A stretch of DNA of 64,000 nucleotides from Heptranchias perlo (taxonomy: Eukaryota): contig NW_027139538.1 in NCBI RefSeq assembly GCF_035084215.1, forward strand, positions 1-64,000. Direction: 5' to 3'. Position 1 is the first letter of the stretch. Each line of letters opens with the position of its first letter. The translations under genes were made by a program, and so were the position numbers. The notes beneath the pieces are model-generated. The model made no database searches. It was not told the DNA's origin and saw only the letters and a program-made list of their open reading frames with translations. Shown here piece after piece: positions 53,501-64,000 of the stretch.

Positions 53501-56500
53501 CGACTGTTACCCAGTACTGTCTGTCGGTGCATGTCCCTGACTGTCAGTGTGACTGTTACCCAGTATGTCTGTAGGTGGATGTCCTTGACTGTCGGTGCGA
53601 CTGTTACCCAGTACTGTCTGTAGGTGGATGTCCCTGACTGTCAGTGTGACTGTTACCCAGTACTGTCTGTGGGTGCATGTCCCTGACTGTCGGTGCGACT
53701 GTTTCCCAGTACTGTCTGTAGGTGCATGTCCCTGACTGTCGGTGCGACTGTTACCCAGTACTGTCTGTAGGTGGATGGCCCTGACTGTCGGTGCGACTGT
53801 CACCCAGTACTGTCTGTAGGTGCATGGCCCTGACTGTCGGTGTGACTGTTACCCAGTACTGTCTGTAGGTGCATGTCCCTGACTGTCAGTGTGACTGTTA
53901 CCCAGTACTGTCTGTAGGTGGATGTCCTTGACTGTCGGTGCGACTGTTACCCAGTACTGTCTGTAGGTGGATGTCCCTGAGTGTTGGTGCGACTGTTACC
54001 CAGCACTGTCTGTAGGTGCATGTCCCTGACTGTCAGTGTGACTGTTACCCAGTACTGTCTGTAGGTGGATGTCCTTGACTGTCGGTGCGACTGTTACCCA
54101 GTACTGTCTGTAGGTGGATGTCCCTGACTGTCAGTGTGACTGTGACCCAGTACTGTCTGTGGGTGCATGTCCCTGACTTTCGGTGCGACTGTTACCCAGT
54201 ACTGTCTGTAGGTGGATGTTCCTTACTGTCAGTGTGACTGTTACCCAGTCCTGTCTGTAGGTGCATGTCCCTGAGTGTCAGTGTGACTGTTTCCCAGTAC
54301 TGTCTGTAGGTGCATGTCCCTGACTGTCAGTGTGACTGTTACCCAGTACTGTCTGTTGGTGGATGTCCTTGACTGTCAGTGTGACTGTTACCCAGTACTG
54401 TCTGTAGGTGGATGTCCTTGACTGTCGGTGTGACTGTTACCCAGTACTGTCTGTAGGTGGATGTCCCTGACTGTCAGTGCGACTGTTACCCAGTACTGTC
54501 TGTAGTTGGATGTCCTTGACTGTCGGTGTGACTGTTACCCAGTACTGTCTGTAGGTGGATGTCCCTGACTGTCAGTGCGACTGTTACCCAGTACTGTCTG
54601 TAGGTGGATGTCCTTGACTGTCGGTGCGACTGTTACCCAGTACTGTCTGTAGGTGCATGTCCCTGACTGTCAGTGTGACTGTTACCCAGTACTGTCTGTA
54701 GGTGGATGTCCCTGACTGTCAGTGCGACTGTTACCCAGTACTGTCTGTAGGTGGATGTCCTTGACTGTCGGTGTGACTGTTACCGAGTACTGTCTGTAGG
54801 TGGATGTCCCTGACTGTCAGTGCGACTGTTACCCAGTACTGTCTGTAGGTGGATGTCCTTGACTGTCGGTGTGACTGTTACCCAGTACTGTCTGTAGGTG
54901 GATGTCCTTGACTGTCGGTGCGACTGTTACCCAGTACTGTCTGTAGGTGCATGTCCCTGACAGTCAGTGTGACTGTTACCCAGTACTGTCTGTAGGTGGA
55001 TGTCCCTGACTGTCAGTGTGACTGTTACTCAGTACTGTCTGTAGGTGGATGTCCCTGCCTGTCAGTGTGACTGTTACCCAGTACTGTCTGTGGGTGCATG
55101 TGCTTGACTGTCAGTGCGACTGTTACACAGTACTGTCTGTAGGTGGATGTCCTTGACTGTCGGTGCGACTGTTACCCAGTACTGTCTGTAGGTGCATGTC
55201 CCTGACTGTCAGTGTGACTGTTACCCAGTACTGTCTGTAGGTGCATGTCCCTGTCGGTGTGACTGTTACCCAGTACTGTCTGTAGGTGCATGTCCCTGAC
55301 TGTCGGTGTGACTGTTACCCAGTACTGTCTGTAGGTGCATGTCCCTGACTGTCAGTGTGACTGTTACCCATTACTGTCTGTAGTTGGATGTCCCTGACTG
55401 TCAGTGTGACTGTTACCCAGTACTGTCTGTAGGTGCATGTCCCTGACTGTCAGTGTGACTGTTACCCAGTACTGTCTGTAGGTGCATGTCCCTGACTGTC
55501 AGTGCGACTGTTACACAGTACTGTCTGTAGGTGGATGTCCCTGACTGTCGGTGCGACTGTTACCCAGTACTGTCTGTAGGTGCATGTCCCTGACTGTCAG
55601 TGTGACTGTTTCCCAGTACTGTCTGTAGGTGCATGTCCCTGAATGTCAGTGTGACTGTTACCCAGTACTGTCTGTAGGTGCATGTCCCTGACTGTCAGTG
55701 TGACTGTTACCCAGTACTGTCTGTAGGTGCATGTCCCTGACTGTCAGTGTGACTGTTACCCAGTACTGTCTGTAGGTGCATGTCCCTGACTGTCAGTGTG
55801 ACTGTTACCCAGTACTGTCTGTCGGTGCATGTCCCTGACTGTCAGTGTGACTGTTACCCAGTACTGTCTGTAGGTGGATGTCCCTGACTGTCAGTTTGAC
55901 TGTTACCCAGTACTGTCTGTAGGTGCATGTCCCTGACTGTCAGTGTGACTGTTACCCAGTACCGTCTGTAGGTGCATGTCCCTGACTGTCAGTGTGACTG
56001 TTACCCAGTACTGTCTGTAGGTGGATGTCCCTGCCTGTCAGTGTGACTGTTACCCAGTACTGTCTGTGGGTGCATGTCCTTGACTGTCGGTGCGACTGTT
56101 ACCCAGTACTGTCTGTAGGTGGATGTCCTTGACTGTCGGTGCGACTGTTACCCAGTACTGTCTGTAGGTGCATGTCCCTGACTGTCAGTGTGACTGTTAC
56201 CCAGTACTGTCTGTAGGTGCATGTCCCTGTCGGTGTGACTGTTACCCAGTACTGTCTGTAGGTGCATGTAACTGACTGTCGGTGTGACTGTTACCCAGTA
56301 CTGTCTGTAGGTGCATGTCCCTGACTGTCATTGTGACTGTTACCCAGTACTGTCTGTAGGTGGATGTCCCTGACTGTCAGTGTGACTGTTACCCAGTACT
56401 GTCTGTCGGTGCATGTCCCTGACTGTCAGTGTGACTGTTACCCAGTACTGTCTGTAGGTGCATGTCCCTGACTGTCAGTGTGACTGTTACCCAGTACTGT

Positions 56501-59500
56501 CTGTAGGTGGATGTCCCTGACTGTCGGTGCGACTGTTACCCAGTACTGTCTGTAGGTGCATGTCCCTGACTGTCAGTGTGACTGTTACCCAGTACTGTCT
56601 GTAGGTGCATGTCCCTGACTGTCAGTGTGACTGTTACCCAGTACTGTCTGTAGGTGAATGTCCCTGACTGTCAGTGTGACTGTTGCCCAGTACTGTCTGT
56701 AGGTGCATGTCCCTGACTGTCAGTGTGACTGTTACCCAGTACTGTCTGTAGGTGGATGTCCCTGACTGTCAGTGTGACTGTTACCCAGTACTGACTGTAG
56801 GTGGATGTCCCTGACTGTCAGTGTGACTGTTTCCCAGTACTGTCTGTAGGTGCATGTCCCTGACTGTCGGTGCGACTGTTACCCAGTACTGTCTGTAGGT
56901 GGATGTCCCTGACTGTCAGTGTGACTGTTACCCAGTATTGCCTGTAGGTGCATGTCTCTGACTGTCGGTGCTACTGTTACCCAGTACTGTCTGTAGGTGC
57001 ATGTCCCTGACTGTCAGTGTGACTGTTCCCCAGTACTGCCTGTAGGTGGATGTCCTTGACTGTCGGTGCGACTGTTACCCAGTACTGTCTGCAGGTGCAT
57101 GTCCCTGACTGTCGGTGCGACTGTTACCCAGTACTGTCTGTTGGTGGATGTCCTTGACTGTCAGTGCGACTGTTACCCAGTACTGTCTGTAGGTGCATGT
57201 CCTTGACTGTCAGTGTGACTGTTACCCAGTACTGTCTGTAGGTGCATGTCCCTGACTGTCAGTGTGACTGTTACCCAGTACTGTCTGTAGGTGGATGTCC
57301 TTGACTGTCGGTGTGACTGTTACCCAGTACTGTCTGTAGGTGCATGTCCCTGACTGTCAGTGCGATTGTTACCCAGTACTGTCTGTAGGTGGATGTCCCT
57401 GACTGTCAGTGTGACTGTTACCCAGTACTGTCTGTAGGTGGATGTCCCTGACCGTCAGTGTGACTGTTACCCAGTACTGTCTGTAGGTGCATGTCCCTGA
57501 CTGTCAGTGTGACTGTTACCCAGTACTGTCTGTAGGTGCATGTCCCTGACTGTCAGTATGACTGTTACCCAGTACTGTCTGTAGGTGGATGTCCTTGACT
57601 GTCGGTGTGACTTTTACCCAGTACTGTCTGTAGGTGGATGTCCTTGACTGTCGGTGTGACTGTTACCCAGTACTGTCTGTTGGTGGATGTCCCTGACTGT
57701 CAGTGTGACTGTTACCCAGTATTGTCTGTAGGTGGATGTCCCTGACTGTCAATGTGACTGTTTCCCAGTACTGTCTGTAGGTGCATGTCCCTGACTGTCG
57801 GTGCGACTGTTACCCAGTACTGTCTGTAGGTGGATGGCCCTGACTGTCGGTGTGACTGTTTCCCAGTACTGTCTGTAGGTGCATGTCCCTGACTGTCGGT
57901 GCGACTGTTACCCAGTACTGTCTGTAGGTGGATGGCCCTGACTGTCGGTGCGACTGTCACCCAGTACTGTCTGTAGGTGCATGGCCCTGACTGTCGGTGT
58001 GACTGTTACCCAGTACTGTCTGTAGGTGCAGGTCCCTGACTGTCAGTGTGACTGTTACCCAGTACTGTCTGTAGGTGGATGTCCTTGACTGTCGGTGCGA
58101 CTGTTACCCAGTACTGTCTGTAGGTGGATGTCCCTGACTGTTGGTGCGACTGTTACCCAGTACTGTCTGTAGGTGCATGTCCCTGACTGTCAGTGTGACT
58201 GTTACCCAGTATGTCTGTAGGTGGATGTCCTTGACTGTCGGTGCGACTGTTACCCAGTACTGTCTGTAGGTGGATGTCCCTGACTGTCAGTGTGACTGTT
58301 ACCCAGTACTGTCTGTGGGTGCATGTCCCTGACTGTCGGTGCGACTGTTTCCCAGTACTGTCTGTAGGTGCATGTCCCTGACTGTCGGTGCGACTGTTAC
58401 CCAGTACTGTCTGTAGGTGGATGGCCCTGACTGTCGGTGCGACTGTCACCCAGTACTGTCTGTAGGTGCATGGCCCTGACTGTCGGTGTGACTGTTACCC
58501 AGTACTGTCTGTAGGTGCATGTCCCTGACTGTCAGTGTGACTGTTACCCAGTACTGTCTGTAGGTGGATGTCCTTGACTGTCGGTGCGACTGTTACCCAG
58601 TACTGTCTGTAGGTGGATGTCCCTGAGTGTTGGTGCGACTGTTACCCAGCACTGTCTGTAGGTGCATGTCCCTGACTGTCAGTGTGACTGTTACCCAGTA
58701 CTGTCTGTAGGTGGATGTCCTTGACTGTCGGTGCGACTGTTACCCAGTACTGTCTGTAGGTGGATGTCCCTGACTGTCAGTGTGACTGTTACCCAGTACT
58801 GTCTGTGGGTGCATGTCCCTGACTGTCGGTGCGACTGTTACCCAGTACTGTCTGTAGGTGGATGTCCCTGACTGTCAGTGTGACTGTTACCCATTACTGT
58901 CTGTAGGTGCATGTCCCTGAGTGTCAGTGTGACTGTTTCCCAGTACTGTCTGTAGGTGCATGTCCCTGACTGTCAGTGTGACTGTTACCCAGTACTGTCT
59001 GTTGGTGGATGTCCTTGACTGTCAGTGTGACTGATACCCAGTACTGTCTGTAGGTGGATGTCCTTGACTGTCGGTGTGACTGTTACCCAGTACTGTCTGT
59101 AGGTGGATGTCCCTGACTGTCAGTGCGACTGTTACCCAGTACTGTCTGTAGTTGGATGTCCTTGACTGTCGGTGTGACTGTTACCCAGTACTGTCTGTAG
59201 GTGGATGTCCCTGACTGTCAGTGTGACTGTTTCCCAGTACTGTCTGTAGGTGCATGTCCCTGACTGTCAGTGCGACTGTTACCCAGTACTGTCTGTAGGT
59301 GGATGTCCTTGACTGTCGGTGCGACTGTTACCCAGTACTGTCTGTAGGTGCATGTCCCTGACAGTCAGTGTGATTGTTACCCAGTACTGTCTGTAGGTGG
59401 ATGTCCCTGACTGTCAGTGTGACTGTTACTCAGTACTGTCTGTAGGTGGATGTCCCTGCCTGTCAGTGTGACTGTTACCCAGTACTGTCTGTGGGTGCAT

Positions 59501-62500
59501 GTCCTTGACTGTCGGTGCGACTGTTACCCAGTACTGTCTGTAGGTGGATGTCCTTGACTGTCGGTGCGACTGTTACCCAGTACTGTCTGTAGGTGCATGT
59601 CCCTGACTGTCAGTGTGACTGTTACCCAGTACTGTCTGTAGGTGCATGTCCCTGACTGTCAGTGTGACTGTTACCCAGTACTGTCTGTAGGTGCATGTCC
59701 CTGACTGTCAGTGTGACTGTTACCCAGTACTGTCTGTAGGTGCATGTCCCTGACTGTCAGTGTGACTGTTACCCAGTACTGTCTGTAGGTGCATGTCCCT
59801 GACTGTCAGTGTGACTGTTACCCAGTACTGTCTGTAGGTGGATGTCCCTGACTGTCAGTGTGACTGTTACCCAGTACTGTCTGTAGGTGCATGTCCCTGA
59901 CTGTCAGTGTGACTGTTACCCAGTACTGTCTGTAGGTGGATGTCCCTGACTGTCAGTGTGACTGTTACCCAGTACTGTCTGTAGGTGCATGTCCCTGACT
60001 GTCAGTGTGACTGTTACCCAGTACTGTCTGTAGGTGCATGTCCCTGACTGTCAGTGTGACTGTTACCCAGTACTGTCTGTAGGTGGATGCCCCTGCCTGT
60101 CAGTGTGACTGTTACCCAGTACTGTCCGTGGGTGCATGTCCTTGACTGTCGGTGCGACTGTTACCCAGTACTGTCTGTAGGTGGATGTCCTTGACTGTCG
60201 GTGCGACTGTTACCCAGTACTGTCTGTAGGTGCATGTCCCTGACTGTCAGTGTGACTGTTACCCAGTACTGTCTGTAGGTGCATGTCCCTGTCGGTGTGA
60301 CTGTTACCCAGTACTGTCTGTAGGTGCATGTCCCTGACTGTCAGTGTGACTGTTACCCAGTACTGTCTGTCGGTGCATGTCCCTGACTGTCAGTGTGACT
60401 GTTACCCAGTACTGTCTGTAGGTGCATGTCCCTGACTGTCAGTGTGACTGTTACCCAGTACTGTCTGTAGGTGGATGTCCCTGACTGTCGGTGCGACTGT
60501 TACCCAGTACTGTCTGTAGGTGCATGTCCCTGACTGTCAGTGTGACTGTTACCCAGTACTGTCTGTAGGTGCATGTCCCTGACTGTCAGTGTGACTGTTA
60601 CCCAGTACTGTCTGTAGGTGCATGTCCCTGACTGTCAGTGTGACTGTTACCCAGTACTGTCTGTAGGTGCATGTCCCTGACTCTCAGTGTGACTGTTACC
60701 CAGTACTGTCTGTAGGTGCATGTCCCTGACTGTCAGTGTGACTGTTTCCCAGTACTGTCTGTAGGTGCATGTCCCTGACTGTCGGTGCGACTGTTACCCA
60801 GTACTGTCTGTAGGTGGATGTCCCTGACTGTCAGTGTGACTGTTACCCAGTACTGTCTGTAGGTGGATGTCCCTGACTGTCAGTGTGACTGTTTCCCAGT
60901 ACTGTCTGTAGGTGCATGTCCCTGACTGTCGGTGCGACTGTTACCCAGTACTGTCTGTAGGTGGATGTCCCTGACTGTCAGTGTGACTGTTACCCAGTAC
61001 TGTCTGTAGGTGCATGTCCCTGACTGTCGGTGCGACTGTTACCCAGTACTGTCTGTAGGTGCATGTCCCTGACTGTCAGTGTGACTGTTCCCCAGTACTG
61101 TCTGTAGGTGGATGTCCTTGACTGTCGGTGCGACTGTTACCCAGTACTGTCTGTAGGTGCATGTCCCTGACTGTCGGTGCGACTGTTACCCAGTACTGTC
61201 TGTTGGTGGATGTCCTTGACTGTCAGTGCGACTGTTACCCAGTACTGTCTGTAGGTGCATGTCCTTGACTGTCAGTGTGACTGTTACCCAGTACTGTCTG
61301 TAGGTGGATGTCCTTGACTGTCGGTGTGACTGTTACCCAGTACTGTCTGTAGGTGGATGTCCCTGACTGTCAGTGCGACTGTTACCCAGTACTGTCTGTA
61401 GGTGGATGTCATTGACTGTCGGTGCGACTGTTACCCAGTACTGTCTGTGGGTGGATGTCCTTGACTGTCGGTGTGACTGTTACCCAGTACTGTCTGTAGG
61501 TGGATGTCCTTGACTGTCGGTGCGACTGTTACCCAGTACTGTCTGTAGGTGGATGTCCCTGACTGTCAGTGTGACTGTTTCCCAGTACTGTCTGTGGGTG
61601 CATGTCCTTGACTGTCGGTGCGACTGTTACCCAGTACAGTCTGTAGGTGGATGTCCTTGACTGTCGGTGCGACTGTTACCCAGTACTGTCTGTAGGTGCA
61701 TGTCCCTGACTGTCAGTGTGACTGTTACCCAGTACTGTCTGTAGGTGCATGTCCCTGTCGGTGTGACTGTTACCCAGTACTGTCTGTAGGTGCATGTCCC
61801 TGACTGTCGGTGTGACTGTTACCCAGTACTGTCTGTAGGTGCATGTCCCTGACTGTCAGTGTGACTGTTACCCAGTACTGTCTGTAGGTGCATGTCCCTG
61901 ACTGTCAGTGTGACTGTTACCCAGTACTGTCTGTAGGTGCATGTCCCTGACTGTCAGTGTGACTGTTACCCAGTACTGTCTGTAGGTGCATGTCCCTGAC
62001 TGTCAGTGTGACTGTTACCCAGTACTGTCTGTAGGTGGATGTCCCTGACTGTCAGTGTGACTGTTACCCAGTACTGTCTGTAGGTGCATGTCCCTGACTG
62101 TCAGTGTGACTGTTACCCAGTACTGTCTGTAGGTGCATGTCCCTGACTGTCAGTGTGACTGTTACCCAGTACTGTCTGTAGGTGCATGTCCCTGACTGTC
62201 AGTGTGACTGTTTCCCAGTACTGTCTGTAGGTGCATGTCCCTGACTGTCGGTGCGACTGTTACCCAGTACTGTCTGTAGGTGGATGTCCCTGACTGTCAG
62301 TGTGACTGTTACCCAGTACTGTCTGTAGGTGCATGTCCCTGACTGTCGGTGCGACTGTTACCCAGTACTGTCTGTAGGTGCATGTCCCTGACTGTCAGTG
62401 TGACTGTTACCCAGTACTGTCTGTAGGTGCATGTCCCTGACTGTCAGTGTGACTGTTACCCAGTACTGTCTGTAGGTGGATGTCCTTGACTGTCGGTGCG

Positions 62501-64000
62501 ACTGTTACCCAGTACTGTCTGTAGGTGCATGTCCCTGACTGTCGGTGCGACTGTTACCCAGTACTGTCTGTAGGTGCATGTCCCTGACTGTCAGTGTGAC
62601 TGTTACCCAGTACTGTCTGTAGGTGGATGTCCCTGACTGTCAGTGCGACTGTTACCCAGTACTGTCTGTAGGTGCATGTCCCTGACTGTCAGTGTGACTG
62701 TTACCCAGTACTGTCTGTAGGTGCATGTCCCTGACTGTCAGTGTGACTGTTACCCAGTACTGTCTGTAGGTGGATGTCCCTGACTGTCAGTGTGACTGTT
62801 ACCCAGTACTGTCTGTAGGTGCATGTCCCTGACTGTCAGTGTGACTGTTACCCAGTACTGTCTGTAGGTGGATGTCCCTGACTGTCAGTGTGACTGTTAC
62901 CCAGTACTGTCTGTAGGTGCATGTCCCTGACTGTCAGTGTGACTGTTACCCAGTACTGTCTGTAGGTGCATGTCCCTGACTGTCAGTGTGACTGTTACCC
63001 AGTACTGTCTGTAGGTGGATGCCCCTGCCTGTCAGTGTGACTGTTACCCAGTACTGTCCGTGGGTGCATGTCCTTGACTGTCGGTGCGACTGTTACCCAG
63101 TACTGTCTGTAGGTGGATGTCCTTGACTGTCGGTGCGACTGTTACCCAGTACTGTCTGTAGGTGCATGTCCCTGACTGTCAGTGTGACTGTTACCCAGTA
63201 CTGTCTGTAGGTGCATGTCCCTGTCGGTGTGACTGTTACCCAGTACTGTCTGTAGGTGCATGTCCCTGACTGTCAGTGTGACTGTTACCCAGTACTGTCT
63301 GTCGGTGCATGTCCCTGACTGTCAGTGTGACTGTTACCCAGTACTGTCTGTAGGTGCATGTCCCTGACTGTCAGTGTGACTGTTACCCAGTACTGTCTGT
63401 AGGTGGATGTCCCTGACTGTCGGTGCGACTGTTACCCAGTACTGTCTGTAGGTGCATGTCCCTGACTGTCAGTGTGACTGTTACCCAGTACTGTCTGTAG
63501 GTGCATGTCCCTGACTGTCAGTGTGACTGTTACCCAGTACTGTCTGTAGGTGCATGTCCCTGACTGTCAGTGTGACTGTTACCCAGTACTGTCTGTAGGT
63601 GCATGTCCCTGACTCTCAGTGTGACTGTTACCCAGTACTGTCTGTAGGTGCATGTCCCTGACTGTCAGTGTGACTGTTTCCCAGTACTGTCTGTAGGTGC
63701 ATGTCCCTGACTGTCGGTGCGACTGTTACCCAGTACTGTCTGTAGGTGGATGTCCCTGACTGTCAGTGTGACTGTTACCCAGTACTGTCTGTAGGTGGAT
63801 GTCCCTGACTGTCAGTGTGACTGTTTCCCAGTACTGTCTGTAGGTGCATGTCCCTGACTGTCGGTGCGACTGTTACCCAGTACTGTCTGTAGGTGGATGT
63901 CCCTGACTGTCAGTGTGACTGTTACCCAGTACTGTCTGTAGGTGCATGTCCCTGACTGTCGGTGCGACTGTTACCCAGTACTGTCTGTAGGTGCATGTCC
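20514..64000. repeat. 49-bp tandem satellite (~890 copies) with higher-order structure, runs off the right edge
   Basis: Unit GTC(A/G)GTG(T/C)GACTGTTACCCAGTACTGTCTGTAGGTG(C/G)ATGTCC(C/T)TGACT, with occasional 45-bp units lacking GACT. Confidence 0.99.

Noticed and set aside
20883-58449. MHLQTVLGNS... ORFs
   Set aside because: Translations of the 49-bp satellite.
1-64000. CRISPR array
   Set aside because: Repeats are contiguous with no unique spacers, there are no cas genes, and the context is vertebrate.
20514-64000. Class-switch region (49-bp period as in mammalian S-gamma)
   Set aside because: Light chains do not class switch, and the unit lacks AGCT/GGGGT pentamers; the period match is likely coincidence.
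20514-64000. p53 response-element array (GTGCATGTCC)
   Set aside because: Only one imperfect half-site per 49 bp; no adjacent paired half-sites.

Overview
Eukaryotic (vertebrate) DNA, most likely a cartilaginous fish (shark). The evidence is a shark-type kappa light-chain sequence, a SacSINE1-like Deu-domain SINE and CR1/L2 LINE remnants. About 88% of the window is two satellites: a 61-bp array (1-~12561, ~206 copies, open at the left edge) and a 49-bp array with kb-scale higher-order repeats (~20514-64000, ~890 copies, open at the right edge). Between them is an ~8-kb island holding the 3' half of an immunoglobulin kappa-type (NS4/type III) light-chain cluster. It contains one unrearranged J segment with a 23-bp-spacer RSS (12739-12812), a 5.8-kb J-C intron full of SINE/LINE fragments and minisatellites, and an intact C exon (18597-18925) whose putative 3' UTR carries a 67-bp tandem array. 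No V segment is visible in the 12.7 kb upstream of J. The most interesting leads are: (i) satellite DNA occupying the V-J interval, each unit carrying a cryptic RSS-like motif; (ii) a lone intronic heptamer plus a non-coding RSS downstream of C, resembling the mammalian kappa-deleting (KDE/RS) arrangement; (iii) a degenerate J nonamer. These leads are inferences from motifs read by eye; no searches were run. Nearly all ORFs in the supplied track are repeat artefacts.
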